NCBI GenBank assembly: GCA_002633005.1
Contig: NMRA01000004.1
Coordinates: 1,963,935-2,027,934, forward strand
DNA length: 64,000 bases
Direction: 5' to 3'
Origin: Phoronis australis
Taxonomy: Eukaryota > Animalia > Phoronida
Shown here: positions 50,247-64,000 of the stretch, in pieces
Numbering within the stretch: position 1 is the stretch's first letter
Layout of the letters: each line of letters begins with the position of its first letter
Program-made: the position numbers and the translations under genes
Notes under the pieces: model-generated
The model's database searches: none
Told to the model about the DNA's origin: nothing
The model's input: the letters and a program-made list of their open reading frames with translations, nothing else

Positions 50247-53200
50247 TCTACTCAAGTTGTTAATGTTGCTTGATTACTCGAAGGTTAAACACAAATACAT
50301 TTGTTCCAATATGGTACTTTTCAAGTTGGTGACTATAATGTAGGCTTATCTGATTTTGACTCCGGTGTTTCCCTCGTCTGGCCGCCTCTGTCTTGGCACT
50401 TGGTGGATCTAGCACTAGCCCTAACGGTAGTCCCCGGGAATTGTTGTTTTTAAGGACATTTTTAATATTTTTCATTAATTTCGTCCGAATGGACACCGTT
50501 TTGTTTTGCGTTCAACTCAACTTCTCTCCAAAATTGTCAGACTCGATCGGCACTGGAGGACACTGGAAGGGCACTTGATTACTGAGCTCAAAGCCTTGTT
50601 AGAGTTGCTGTCACGAAAAAAACCCTCTAGTTTACTCTATGCCTGTAGAGTAAGAGAGAGCTCGTTTTGTAGTTGCTAAACGTGATGCATGATTTGTGAA
50701 GTTTTAAAATAGAATTTGAGTTATTTTTGTACTTAAAATAGTCATTTTTGCTACTACACTAGACTTGTCATCTTTTATAACCACACCATGCTACGTTTAA
50801 TATTAACTGAAATATACATGTACCTTTATGCAATGAAAATACAAAAAAAATGTGAAGTTCATCAGAAGGTACATGTAGGCCTAACTTAAATGTGTTAATG
50901 GTGCAATTACGGCCATCCGTGCAATAATTTGATTCGGAAACAGCTTTAGACCTACCGGAGCTAATTGCTTGCCTAGGACAAGATGAGTGTGCACCTGATT
51001 TATATACCTGAGTTTTGTTAATCAAAACATTTCTCTTGAAGATTAGAAAAGCGTAAACACCGCTATTGTCTCGACCTACTTTACTCGTGGAATCCCATCT
51101 TGTAACCTACCTTTCATTTGGCGCAATTTAGCAGACAGCAGAATAAATATATCGGTGAATCTTCACTGATTTTGTTCAAAACATCTTGAAATCTATGGTA
51201 ACGTACAGATAATCACGACTTTAAGGTGCACATCCAGCATTACACGAACATATCGCATCAGTGGCCTTGTCATTTGTCAGGTGAAGGTGAACCGTGTGAT
51301 TTCTTCAGATTTTTGCTGGCTCCGAAATACTTTCTCTCGAACACTGATTTTTTCATCGTCGCCTTTACAAATGCTCACATGATGAACGTACGATTCTCTG
51401 CTGAAAACCATTTCCTATTGTCTTTTTCGAAGCGTTTTCGGATAGTCCAATAACACTCGTCAATTTCCTCAGGAATGTCGAAATATTGCTTTTTAGTCGG
51501 TTGTCACGTGACTTTTCTCAAGGGAACAAAGCTTGCGATTGGTTAATTGCAGAATGGCACCAACACACCACCCAACGCTCTTCCTTCAACACGCTTTGGG
51601 ACAAGAACCATCACAGCCAAAATCAATTGGATCATTTTTAAAAAAATAAAAAAATGAGACACAGTTTCACAATTCGTTACTGAACAGTAGTTTTCAAAAA
51701 TGTCAACATTATTTCTTCCAGTGTCGAAAATCGAATTAGTTTTGATTAAACATAACTTTCTGGCGAATTTTAAAATCAATTTTCAGTCTGACGTCTATCC
51801 CGACATTTGCCATAACTTAGACGAAGTTCACACCAATTTTTATGAATATTGTTGAATTAGTGTTTTGAAAACAAATGAACGCAGTCCCATTATGTAAGAT
51901 TTTGGTAAGTGTATGTACGGTATATGGGAAATAATAAATACTCCTGCTACAGACCTTGGTAAATTGGCCTGCCGAACTTTACAGGTTACGGTGTGTCCAA
52001 ATACCAACAAGTCCGTAACAGCGAAATAAAACAACGCGTTTTTATAAGAAATCAGTGTATTTTCAAGGGTTTTACATCGAAGTTTGGTGATTTATTGGTG
52101 CTAAACGAGGAATTCAAGCGATAAGCTAACACCAGGAACCCGTGCTGAACAGACTGCGTGTGAAACCAATGACGTCATTGGATAATTTCAACACCTCCGT
52201 CTGCCGTCAGGTGTCAGGTAACGCAACCGAACGTGCCGTTATCGAGTAGAACTACTCGATCCAAATTGATACAAAGTAGGTTGTTTTTTGAGTGGCATTC
52301 TCCTTTCAGATAAGCACACAGAAGGCGCCATTATCAAAAGGTTATAGGAGCAGGCAACTAAGTGTATACGTAACCAAACCAGAGGAATTATAAGGTAATT
52401 GAGTTATAGAATCAGAAAGGCAAAGTGCATTGAAAACGTAATAGGCCACACTAAAATCATCAAATTTCATACCCCTTTGCATGACACTGAGGGGGCACAC
52501 TACAGCTACAACAGGGTTTTGTCTGCCGACACACACCCAAGTGGAGACGACAGTCCTGATCTCACGTCCTTATCGAGAGTCTTAAAAAGCAAAAGGTTTT
52601 TTTGGCGTGCCCAACACAAAGGCCCTACTCATGATAACTGAAACCTAATACTGCTACAGATTTTTAATCGGCTACTTCACATCGCCACACAAAAATAGGA
52701 CCAAAAACACCAAAACTGACAGTTTTCTCCCCGAATTTACTAGTTCCCTGCAAGTGCTAGAAAAAATCTGACTACAGATTCAGAATTCTCGATCTCTTTC
52801 GATTCTAAAAAATGTGATCATAGTGCGCCCCTTACCAGCTACTTTTTTCGCAATTTCGATCTGTCTGACAGCCACCTGAAATCCCACCCGTTTTCTCAGT
52901 CCGCAGGCGAAAGCAAGCCGACCAGCGCCTTCTTGAGGCTTTTAGACGAGGCTGTTGAAAATCTCAGCGGGGCCCGCCGCAAGCGTATTTTAAGTTTTTC
53001 ACTACTAGAAACCCGAGTCCTTCACTAACGCAACTAGTTGGTTAAGGCGAGAACAACTATCTGATGGCTTAGGTCAAGCGTAACCGTTTTGCGTATTTTA
53101 GTAGCCTCAAATTTCCGCTCAGAGTTGAACGATCAGTGCAGATTTCGGTCACACGGTAGGCGATGTGACTTTTAAACTGGACAATGATTGGCTGCACATG

Positions 53201-55495
53201 CGTAGAAAAAGTTCATCTCTGAGGGGAAATATGAGGCTATCGAAATACCCAAGGTGCTCCAATGTAACAGTGCTACTAGGCCAGTAATTACAAATAGCAA
53301 TAACGTCACAAGCAAAAGTTTGACAACCATTCAATCCCGTTGTAACTGGATAGGAGATAGTATTAACTTTTAAAGTAGGTATTCATTTTGGGTTTTCAAT
53401 GATCCCAGAACATCTCTCAAATCACATCAGAGACGGAGGCTTACAGTTTATAATTTTCCCGGTCGATTTGTTGAGCAGAGATAATTATTTTTAAGTTACC
53501 GTTTCAAACAAAATGAACCTTCCAAATAAATGTTAATATTGACATGCTCACAGTTTTTGTCGAACAGAATTCGGCAGAGTTTCTCAAGAGACTAAAACGC
53601 AGTCAAGTACTGCGGTGTGTATAAGTATCGATGTGTCACATTCCTGCTGCCAATTAGTCATGCTTTGTTCACTAACCTATCATGGCAGTATCATTATTAT
53701 TCAATTCATAACTGTATTGGACGCCTTGTGTATGCGACAGCTTTTGTGAACAAATTCAAGTGTGATGCAAATGAAGGCTTGTGCTGATCTAGTTCATGAA
53801 CAACGCGTGCAGCCTGTAATCCACGCCACCGCGTGAAGTGATCTACTGCAGAGGTGAGTGGCGTAGATATACGTGTAAATCTCGAGGTCGTTTAAAACAG
53901 GGCCTAATCTAATTCCCGTACATGGAGTTTTCATTGTGTGTAAAATCGTATGGATTTAATTCGCATTCCATTAAGCGATACTTATGAAAGCCAAGACTTC
54001 TTTATTAGTTATGATGGGCAGGTGCATTGAACCCGGTTTTGTGTGAACGGGTATACCTAAAGCCTTGTTTGATAGAATTAGAGATTTTAGCTAAATTACA
54101 TATTTGTAAACGAATGGTATTACATTAACTTATTGGCCGCTGCACTTCAGTGGTCAATTAATGAGTAACAAGAGAAGCCATGACTTGCCTTATTTCAAGA
54201 CTCGGGTTTTCTGATGCCTTGCAAATGAGCATTTAATATAGCTTGGAACCAAAAGGCACCAAAGGACGTCAAATGTCCTGGCCTACTTTGTTGTACACTT
54301 CTTAAGGTCGCAACTCTACAGGCTTCCAAAACACGCAATATTACGTAACTGTGCTAAAACTCTCTAGGAATATTTTGATATCTAAGGATTCACTCCTCCT
54401 CAAAGTAATTGTAGCAATAGGAAGTCTTATAACAGTGAACTGATGGGTTGCTTTTGTCACGGGAAACTTCCACCTAGATCTATCTTACATATAACTTAAT
54501 ATTTAAACCTTTTGCAACAAAAAAAAATCAAACTTTGTGCACTTTTAAAGAGGTCTGGAACGCGAAAAACAGACTGAATTGCATCATTCAATGTGGTTGT
54601 CTGGCACTGAAACAAAAGTCAAACTGCTCACTAGGTATTTTTACACTTTATTCGTAAAGATTTTGAATTCGTGTTGATGTCAAGGTATTTTTTCTTTAGT
54701 TTCAAATTAAAAAAAAAGATCTATCAAGTGTTCGTCACTTCGTCGATTTTTCTCCCACAAAGTAAAGAACGTCTCCTTATTTGGTATGGCCCCCTCCCTT
54801 GCTCCAACACTTCTTACACCTATTAACGCGTGGTTGTTATGTTTGGCTAAACAGCAAAGTTGACGTAACGGTGATAATATTCGTAAACGTACTTTATAAC
54901 TGGGAACAACAAAAACGAATCATATAATGAAAATAGAATACTGCTCGTCATGTCCCAACCCTGACACGTTTACCATAGTCCACCTCGTCTTTGAATGATG
55001 AAACGAACGATGTTGTTGAAGTTGTTCTAATCTTCTCTCCAGAATTGTAAATATCTGATGTTGCGTTGGGTTCACACAAATTGCGACTGAGATAATTTAA
55101 CTCTACCTGAGAAGATACAAACAATGCCATGAACTTCCCAGAAGACTGTACGGAACCGGCCAAGAAACAAGTCACCCGTCAGCATGCCGTTTTGTGCTGT
55201 CGCAGGCATTTTCCTATAAACATTGTGGTTGTCCGCCTTGGGCCACCCTGGACCCTTTAATACCCTCAACGGTTTCACTGGTTCCGCACTCGGCTCCAAC
55301 AAAATGTGAAACGTGAAGAACAGGCTGGCTCAGCGACTTCAATCAAGCTAAACTGGTTCAAAACTGGTTTTCCGTCGTTTCTGGCAACAGGAAAACACCA
55401 GGCCACGAGCAAACAACTAAAAATCGACATAATTTTCATCCCAAAACAACATTTCCATGGGACTACAAGAAACAAACCGATAAAGCAACGAAGTC

Positions 55496-55668
55496 CAGTA
55501 GCAAATCTACGGAAGGTCGCGAGAGGGTTTCCCTCCTCCCGTGTAAGATTTTTTGGGATTTTTAGTAGCTAATTTTGTTTTTCTGGCGATTTTTTTTCCA
55601 GTTTTTATTTTTGATCCTGTCCCGAGGGGGGGTTTAAACCCCTGAACCCCCCTGTAGATCTGCCTCTG
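55496..55668. mobile_element. MITE with CAG...CTG ends and 5-bp TSD AAGTC (hAT5-like)
   Basis: aagtc|CAGTAGCAAATCTAC...GTAGATCTGCCTCTG|aagtc. Confidence 0.75.
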
Positions 55669-57569
55669 AAGTCAACTGAACGTCCTTTTCAATTTGAACT
55701 TCTTGTTTGCAAGTAGTTAGGGTTGAAAAGTATCAACTGGGAAAAAGTTAGGTCGGAAGGTCAGCCTTTTCATTGAAAGCACAAATCGAGCAAATATCAT
55801 TCACAACCAAACTCTCAGTGCAAATCTTAAGATGCCCAACCAATCCAGCTGTTGCCAAGTTGTAATGAAATAGTGTAAGTTATTCATGAATTCAACCTTG
55901 ACTCAAAAAATTACTGAGTACATGTACTACATTACGGGTCTCTAAAGTCCAGAGAACGCAGCAGTCAAGTTGAAATCGCAAATTTCAAACAGGAATAAAT
56001 TAGTTGAGTCCACTCTTCCCTTGAATGAATCAGTTACTTCTATTCGATCCATGGTTTTAGCATGTACATGTACACTTGGGAACGCCAAGTAAAACAAAAC
56101 GCTTCACACCGAACTATGAACCAAAACAATGTTACAAAGATGGCGCTGTACGCCAGTGTAATCTTGACAGCACGACACCGAACGGTTTGACAAGATTGAA
56201 AGTCGCTCAATCAGAACACTGACCGGCCATTTTGCATGACTAATTTCTAAAATAAGCTATGGCGTATTTAAAATGTTAAAGCTTTTAAATATCTAAAAGT
56301 TCTACCAATAAGTCAAAAGTTTCATATTTTATCGCAGCTGTTGATCTGTATCCGATACAGAGTGTAACGTAAAGACAGAAGAAAGGATTCTCGAGGGTAG
56401 AGTGGCCTAGCAAGGATGCCGTAAATGGGCCCAACCGCAATTATTGAAGGACAGGTGTACGCATAACCTCTTTATAAGACGTTTTGGGTCATATAGTCCA
56501 TAAATCCGCCTGGGGTGGCGTTGTTGTATTACGCGTTTTTAGCGAAATTCTCACTCTTACGGTGCCTATTCATCAGTGTCTTAAAAAAATAAAATTTAAA
56601 TCTACTAATACGGATAGCCAACCTGTTATACAGATTGCCAATCTGTTATTACGGATTGGCAATCGATTGGGTACGACCAGAAAAACGAAAGACAAAACTT
56701 TGCTCATACCTCGTAATTTAATGAAACTTAACAAACAAAATAATATGCTGTTTTTGAGGGAGTGAAAGCCACACGGCACTTCTCCGTCCCCTGTATCCGA
56801 CCGTAAATTTTAGGTGCTTGAAAACGAAATATCACAAAAGGCCACCGTGTACAGTACTGCATGCGTGGTAAACTTGTTTTGGCCTTACAGTAAGTGATAT
56901 ATGATTCCTCTTGTAAAAGCACCAGTGCTTGCAAATCATTTCAATACGGAAACTAGGGATTATTCCAGGGTTATCAACAAATTGTATTGGTTTGCATGCA
57001 GCAACGTTGGAAAAATAATGAAATTAGAAAAAATCACAATGAATTTAGATTGAAAAAGATGATCCCAAACTATCAGATTGAAAATTTGTCTGGTCTCATT
57101 ATTTAATCGAGGCAATTGAATTATCACCCAAAGTGGTGCTGGTTCCAATCTTTGGAGTTGAGCGTTTGACAAATCCTCTCTTTTTAACTTTTCATGGAAG
57201 ACCTATGATTTTGGAATTAAATTAACAGCAACAAAGCCCAAAAAGTCAGCCTTAAAACATTGTAAGTCCAAAATTACCAACTGAACAGTTTGTGAAAGCC
57301 GACACGTGAATACGACTATACAAGGTGCGATTCTCATCTGGGCTGGTTTACATCAAACTTTAAAATGCTGGATAAGTTTGATTTTTGCATGACGCCAAAT
57401 TAAGTGTTCAACAATGACAACATGACGCGTGGTGAGGTGATGTCATTGTTTATCCAGCGTATCACTTTTATACAACGGTCCTGATGCTACGGTCTGTTGC
57501 GGTACATCAGGCGTGTTCAGACCAAAAGGCCGGGCCAATTACACTAATCACCTAATTATGGCTCATGGG

Positions 57570-57860
57570 GACACAACATCATCGGATTCCTTTTGGGTAA
57601 AATCTTCCAACCTGCCTGTTTGTTTCAGAAAGGCAGAAAGACTATTAAACCTGTATGAGCTAACAATATCAACCAGGCTAGTTATGTGTCCATTAAGTAG
57701 TAGATTACGGTGTCTATTCTTAAGTCAGGGCAACTCTCTACCAGATGTTAAGGAGTCTCGGCCTCCAAGCCACAGTTGGGACAAAATGAACATGCAATGT
57801 GGCCTGTGATGTTATGGTGCCGAGCTAGGTTGCAGTGTCCAGTAATAACCTGGACCAGCT
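57570..57860 (-). mobile_element. 3' fragment of LINE ORF2 (I/R1/Loa-group) with CCHC zinc knuckle, pseudogenised
   Basis: LVQVITGHCNLARHHNITGHIACSFCPNCGLEAETP*HLVESCPDL, then after a frameshift ...LSAFLKQTGRL. Confidence 0.75.
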
Positions 57861-58964
57861 GCATTATACAATGTAGCAAGCCCCTTTAAACATAACAGTT
57901 CCTTTAAAGATTAGCTAAGGAGACTACGGAGATTGTTCACATTGTTTCGAAACAGATGACTAACACTGCTTCTGTACCAGCTTAATAAATAATGAAAATT
58001 AAAATATATTTCACCCACATACGCCCGCGCACAAACACAACACGCATGTGAAGCCCCATTTCACATTTTGTTTTGTTTCAGATTAAAGGACGACTTTGAA
58101 TGTGTTCTTGATTTCTCAAGAGTCTACAAAGTCGCTTAAAAATGGGCATGTGGTGCAACATTCGTCTCATTTTCTATACTGGTATCAAACGTTACTGAAT
58201 AATATTCAAAATACGTATCTGAATCAACGAAATATCTATGAAATTTTTGAAACTCAACCCCTTGATTGTCCTGACTGCTGCCAAGATGAACACTTTTTTC
58301 GCGAGTGAATGCTTCAAGGCAATTTCATCGCGTAAACATGTTCATTTTTACACGACCACGTTTTCGGAACCGAAACCTGCCCTAATCCCTCTTGGACACA
58401 CATTTCTGTCGGTCAGAGATTGCATGTAGGCCTAATAACCAGCGATAACTTTTGAATCACTGTTTGTTGTGTTCGCTTCCAACCACAATATCTTTCTGGA
58501 AAACCAATATACAATGTATGCAGCTATTGATACATAATGCAAAATGCTTCAATGTATCGTAAGAGTCAACAGGCCCTCATAAAATTAGGGCCTCTTACTC
58601 GATATACGCGTTTAGGCAGCCTCTTTCTTGCTCTGCATCATACCCCATCGGTATCTAAGATTCCTAACAGATGGCTGATGGTTTCCCTGTTGATATTCAG
58701 CCCATTTTATATACACTTCAAATGCATCCAACGATAACGATGAAGGCCTCTTCCTCAAGAAAAAGCAACGTTTATATTGCCTGTGTGCTTCTTACGTCGA
58801 AAGAACTAGTCCATGATTCGAAGCTGCCGTTGAAGAATTTGCCCGCGTATTGTGATTTACTGACAACGACACCAGAAGCTCATCATAACTGAGGCCCAAA
58901 TGAAAATATACACGGATAAGCTACCTTATCCCCCCTGACAACTAAGAAGCACTACCTACTGTGG

Positions 58965-59130
58965 TTGTCAATCCGTAAAAACAAATTGGCAATCCGTATT
59001 AACAGATTGGCAATCCGTATTAGCCTAGATTGGCAATCCGTATTATCAGATTGACATTCCATATTAACAGACTGGCATCCGTATTGACATATTCCACTGT
59101 TATTTTTTCATGGCACTAATGGTCCTTCGT
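58965..59130. repeat. ~21-bp tandem array (ATTGGCAATCCGTATTAACAG) within a small repeat element; inverted relative at 56557-56670
   Basis: About five degenerate units; reverse-complement units (CTAATACGGATAGCCAA, CTGTTATTACGGATTGGCAAT) at 56600-56670. Confidence 0.8.
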
Positions 59131-61303
59131 GCTTCCCATGAATTGTAGAAAATTATTTTTGCATAACAAAATTTCATTTTTAGTTAACCGGTGGCTTATT
59201 GGTTTTGCATAAATTTTCTCTAACGGGTTTTCTTTGAATGTCTGGATGGGTGGCATTTACTTCCGCTAAACTTTTGAGATATTAAGGCGATAATTGGTCA
59301 CGAAACACTATTGAGTTCTGGTGAAATCAACATGCAATAGGCTTCGTTATTTTAAAACTCATTGAGAATTCGTGTGGTTGACGTCCATTTCGACCTCCTG
59401 CCCTTCGCTTAACAAGTTGACAAAGCTCATTGTCATTTACCAAGTGAGATCATTTTAATCAGTCGTGTGCCATCGTGATTAGAACTGAATCAATAATTTG
59501 TTCGTAGAAATGAGATTTTTCCGATTTTGATTGGATTACATAATGTCGTGATCGCACACTGACCATTGTGGCATTAACCTACCAAACAAACAGTGAAAGT
59601 TCAAAATGGTCCACAAGTTTGTTTGCGGGAAAACGTGGACACTGAAATCGTGTTCGGCAATTTGATCAACTAAAATTTGGCTCGTTAGGCCAGTAGAGAT
59701 GACGTTGCCACATCCAATAAGCTCGTCGCCTTCCATAATCTCTCAGTAGTAGTTCGCCAAGAACACAATTCTTTTCCGAAGAGCTTTAGTTCTTTCTCGT
59801 GAATCTCAATTCAGGTCATACTGACATCTTTTTTATCTGTGATCCCAATGCTGTTCTTGTGAACGGCGTTAAATTTTCTTTAACAATTACAGTGTATTAA
59901 TGCGTGGATACTATTTCGCCGGTCTTCTATCAATTCCTATTGAATTATTTCACATTGGTAAACAAAACCGAGATCAAGTAATGCTGCTAATAATTTAGAT
60001 AGACGCACGTGTACATCTGTACATAAGTTCTTGAAAATACTACGTTAAATCGTTTTAAACACCGAAACTGAGTTGGAGGTGGACTTGCGACGTCTCGCTC
60101 GAGATACATGTAATAAAATGGCGGAAGAGGACGCCTAATATAAACGATACAATCACGGGCGCGAAAGCAGACCCATGTCGAACGTTAAAATTTGAGCTAT
60201 GACAAACATTTTGTAAATAAACCTACCACTAATAGCAAGAATAGGAAATATTATTAGAGAATAACACGCCTGCTGTAAAATGCCTTTTGTTTCATCAATT
60301 GAATTGTATATACGAATACTGCTTTGCTGCGGTACATGGAAAAATACTTTATTTATGGATAAGAAATTGCTAAATTACGATGTTCAAAGTGATTAGTGAG
60401 CTGCACTCGTAAGAAAATGAATTGCGGTTGATGAGAAAAGAATCGCGTTAACGAGAAAAGAACAATGCTAATGAGAATGCCCTTGTGAAAGATTGGCAGT
60501 ACTGGATTTGGCTTGTGAACTTTTGTTTAAGAAATTTTAATCCATGAGCCAAACACAAAATTTACGTTAGAACACGCGCAGTTTCGCCACGTGTTTGTGG
60601 TCTTAAATAGCATAATGCCTGGTAATCGGTTACGATAGTTGAAATGATTTCCCTTTTGAATTGCGGAAGGCGGGTTCATAATAACCAAACGATAAGGAAA
60701 CTTTACAGTTCACAGACACATGAAGCGCCGTCCTTTTAAAAACATTGCTTTGGTTCATGTTTTGTGGTGGTCTGGAATACATTTGGTTTGGTTTTGTACA
60801 GGGCGAGGCAGCGTTCGTAATTACACAAGCTAACATAATAGACGATGATTGCCTTAATGGAAAGATTTAAGACTACTAATTTGGTATTCATTACAGCTTG
60901 TACTTTGTGGACTTCAACTTTACCACGAGTCACGTACGTGCGGCTACACTAACCCTTAGAGGGACATTTGCGGAGATGAATCTTAAACCCCCGCGGTAGC
61001 AGTTTAGCGGTATACTGGCGGAGTTAAATCCCACTCAAAAATGTCACGGTATTTTAAGCGTTTGAACTGGTCACCAGTCACGTTCAATGAAATCAAGACC
61101 TGTGACTTTTAAAGTCTCAGGTCCTGATTTCAGTGAATGTTTGGTAGACTGTCGGCAAGAATTTACAATTTAGTATGGAAACAAAAACTCAACAGATATT
61201 GTTCTTGTATAGCTTTTAACCAAAACTAATAACTCCAAGAAGTCTATCCCATCCAACAGTAACCCCAAAAGGAGTTGTTCAGTCATCAAACTGAAAATGT
61301 TCC

Positions 61304-61790
61304 TTAAAGACAGGCTCCAGCGGCTAAAACACCTTCTTGACACCAGAAATGCAAGTATTTTTCATAAAAATATAGCTTTTGCTTCTTACAAACCACGGAA
61401 AGTAATTAATTGCAACTCAAATTACACCGCTCATAATTCGTAACTCCTTCGAGCGCATCAGAAAAAATCTTAACCAATCAGCGTAAAGTGGTTCATATGA
61501 CATCATCGTGGCCACGAAATTTACTGGGAAGCCACACTGCGTAACAGCTGAATGCCATTTCTTGGACATTCTGTACTTGCCGATCTCTGGGCTAAAATGC
61601 CGTGTCAATGCGTGGTGTGCGGGTGTAGCAATGTCCGCGTCAATGGCATACATACAATGTATGCACAACTTCCCTGCGAATCCCGTCGTGTGCCGTGCGT
61701 GGAACAGATTCGTATCCACGACAAGGACTGGCGACAAAATTCCCGATCCTCAAGATCAGTTCTAGACTAGATGTAGATTTTGTAAACAGC
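61304..61790 (+). mobile_element. Probable Kolobok-like left end with frameshifted THAP domain (ATG at 61597)
   Basis: TTAA-AGACAGG start at 61304; MPCQCVVCGCSNVRVNGI / MHNFPANPVVCRAWNRFVSTTR matches a THAP N-terminus. No right end found. Confidence 0.6.
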
Positions 61791-64000
61791 TTTGCACCGA
61801 TGTGGGTAGAAATTACTACCGGTAAATAAATCTCACCGCTCTTTGTGTAAACCAAATTATTTACCGGTGTTGGAAAAGTTATCATTTTATTGCTCATCTA
61901 CTGCTAAAATTGAAGTGCACTCTTGTGACTGAGTCGGCTTTCGGCGATTACGTGACCTGACCTGAACAGTTTCTTTTCCCCCGGTTTATTGTTGCCACGA
62001 GATTGCGTACAGTCACCACAAATTGTCGAACTTTACTGCTGCGAAGCTGTCACCATGTCCCAAAAGATGGCGCAAAATTTTAGGAAGGCGCGTGCGCGTG
62101 TCACAAAACGACGACCGACGTTCTTCGTTACAAAACTCAAAAGGCGGAGAGTAATGCTAGAAACTGACGTTTATTAGCTTGTTTTTCACTTAAACGACGA
62201 CAACAGGCAAGGTGAGTGTTCGAATTCTCTCCCATATTTTATGTGCACCCCGGCCGTCGGTCGTTGGCTCTGCGATATAAGTTTCACGACGAGGTGGCTA
62301 ACGATGAAATTTCGTGGTCTAACGGAGCTCATTTCACACACCTCACTGTATTTTGGCGATAGTCTTCAAACAGCTGGTTGGCTGGCTACAAAAAATCTGC
62401 AGTGCGCACTTAGACGTTCGTGTTACTTTTCCGGCCCAGCGTATAGGGAATCCGGCCCAAATCGGAACATTCTGCCTGATTTTGGTCGTTCCCATAGGCC
62501 TAACGGAATTCTGATACTGAATTTAAAACGTTCAATTGATTGTAAATTCTTATAATTCGGTACGCCTTCATGCAATCCAGACTTTATTTCGTAGTTCTAA
62601 TTTATTGCAGATACTCACAATGTTGTTTTGCTATTACATTTTCAATCTTTTGAGGTTGATCGAGTCAAAATGGCGGCGATTACGGGTTACAGCATTTCAA
62701 GGCGAATGATTTTGAAATTGAGTTTCTATTATAAAATTTTCAATGAGCTTGAATACAATTGCTTTGTACGAAAGGATCAAGCTGATATGTGTTGTAACGT
62801 TTCCACGTCTTTTGCACCAAATTAAACAGCCTATTGTCACCTATTCCACACACTCGACAGCGGCCCGTATCGGAAACGCGCAACGTTTACACCTTCGGCT
62901 TCAAGAAGACATAAATGTAAAGTTTCTAACATCAAAATTTTTGTATCAAGGAAATTAAACTTTATGATAACCATTGTGAAATTGCCTGATAACAATTCGG
63001 ACGAAGCGTTTTGTTTTTCCGGCTGTTTCGGCAACCCCAGTCACACTCCCGGGGATTCCCATACCGGTCCGTATTAGAATGTGTCCTAAATAATTGAATA
63101 AAAAAGGTAATGATTTTGATCAACTTTACTATTAATTGACATGAAATAAACAATTAAGATGTTTTCTTGATTTTCCACGTATTTTGCACTAAATTAAACG
63201 GCCAGTCATCGTTGATTCCAATACTATGGAGACACGGTGAAAGTCAAATTCGTTGTAACGGTGATGTCATAGACTTCGATTAGTGCAAGCGCCATCTCAA
63301 GTTCTTTTTGACGCTAAATGGGGTTCGTGATGGGGCTACCGTATTGTCAAAGGCCTACTTGATTAACGACTGGGGTATGCTATGACACAGTATTTTGATG
63401 TTTTTCATCAATAAATATATTTTAGATGTGAAAATAGTAATTTTGGCACCATATTAAGCCATTAAGCTCAGGCGCCTCTACGTGTCATACTTTTCATAAA
63501 ACATTATCTCAAACACAAAAGAATGTGCCTAAATGTGTAATATACATTTGTTGTTCGTATTTCATGCATTAATACTTTTGGTAATGGAATTATCATCCAG
63601 TGTTGCATTAATCATAAGATATCACCAATTACTAGTTGGCCGTTGACTTCAAGCATTATCTGACAGTGACAGCACACACCTGATTAGCAAAGTCCATTTA
63701 ATAAACGTGTACTAAATTAAACTGGCTAACATAAATATTGATATTTCAATTTATTTATTTTCATGTACCGTGCTAATGTATACCATGTACATTGTTTGAT
63801 AAGCTGTTAATGGTGTAATGCGTGGTGCGTACTTTAGGACCAATTTGTGTTCAAAATCTGTTTTTGTTCAAGGGAGTTGTCTTTTTGACAACAAATTAAG
63901 CGAGACGTTCTTGACGCATTGTCTCCCTTAATTACAGTAACACATTGCTGGAAATGTTATTGACATATGTTCAGACACCACCTCAGACGACGCATGACGA

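Noticed and set aside
53170-53335. Minus-strand ~52-aa ORF with hydrophobic N-terminus (MVVKLLLVTLLLFVITGLVALL...)
   Set aside because: Hydrophobic runs arise easily in T-rich DNA, and there is no supporting homology or gene structure.
58965-59100. Possible CRISPR-like array
   Set aside because: Units are directly tandem with no unique spacers, the context is eukaryotic, and there are no cas genes.

Overview
AT-rich eukaryotic DNA, most likely from an invertebrate animal (GT-AG intron, tRNA-derived SINE, many MITEs, single-N assembly gaps). Only one intact protein-coding gene is well supported. It lies on the minus strand with two coding exons (17950-18039 and 13690-17010, about 1136 aa). 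It joins an N-terminal stonustoxin/verrucotoxin-like MACPF/CDC region to two tandem ~100-aa Cys/His modules and a C-terminal P-loop GTPase-like domain with degenerate G1 and G3 motifs (probable pseudo-GTPase). The rest is largely transposon debris: a Kolobok element with TTAA TSDs carrying convergent THAP and KolX-like remnants, an Academ XPG-like remnant, two LINE fragments, hammerhead-like motifs of the Penelope type, and several MITE families. All family assignments come from motif recognition by eye; no searches were run.
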